Both the position numbers and the translations under genes were made by a program. Positions 63,953-64,000 of a DNA stretch of 64,000 nucleotides are shown here, piece by piece. Location of the stretch: NCBI RefSeq assembly GCF_006345805.1, contig NW_021833049.1, positions 1-64,000 on the forward strand. Direction: 5' to 3'. The stretch comes from Octopus sinensis (lineage: Eukaryota). The notes beneath the pieces are model-generated. The model worked only from the letters and a program-made list of their open reading frames with translations. It ran no database searches and had not been told where the DNA came from. The first letter of the stretch is position 1; each line of letters opens with the position of its first letter.

Positions 63953-64000
63953 ATCATACTTCTTTTTTCTACCTCATTCTTCATGGATGGACTAACACAA

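Overview
AT-rich, microsatellite- and transposon-dense animal genomic DNA. The SINE families and repeat landscape suggest an octopus or other coleoid cephalopod (inference). Two host genes are supported. The first is the 3' four exons of a multi-exon C2H2 zinc-finger gene (+, 10863-17938) with a long Thr/Ala/Gln-rich tail. The second is the main exon of a type II membrane fucosyltransferase-superfamily gene (-, 58043-59191). The rest is mostly mobile DNA: mariner, hAT, Chapaev3-like, Helitron, Gypsy, CR1/L2-like, R4/Dong, RTE, L1/Tx1-like, Penelope-like (PLE) elements and several SINE families. The strongest signal is a cluster of minimal type I hammerhead ribozyme (HHR) motifs, about 13 copies in 6 sequence families, mostly at 35-56 kb. 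Two families sit in non-coding tandem arrays with ~555-bp and 357-bp monomers (retrozyme-like). Both arrays are folded back head-to-head like PLE inverted termini, and both share an unusual U.U pair at the base of stem II. The 357-bp array is flanked by a 12-bp target-site duplication whose empty site survives in the opposite arm of a 7-kb PLE inverted repeat. PLE RT/GIY-YIG coding remnants nearby are plausible mobilising partners. No rRNA, genuine tRNA gene or CRISPR array was seen. All structures were read by eye, none was computed, and some large fold-backs could be assembly artefacts.
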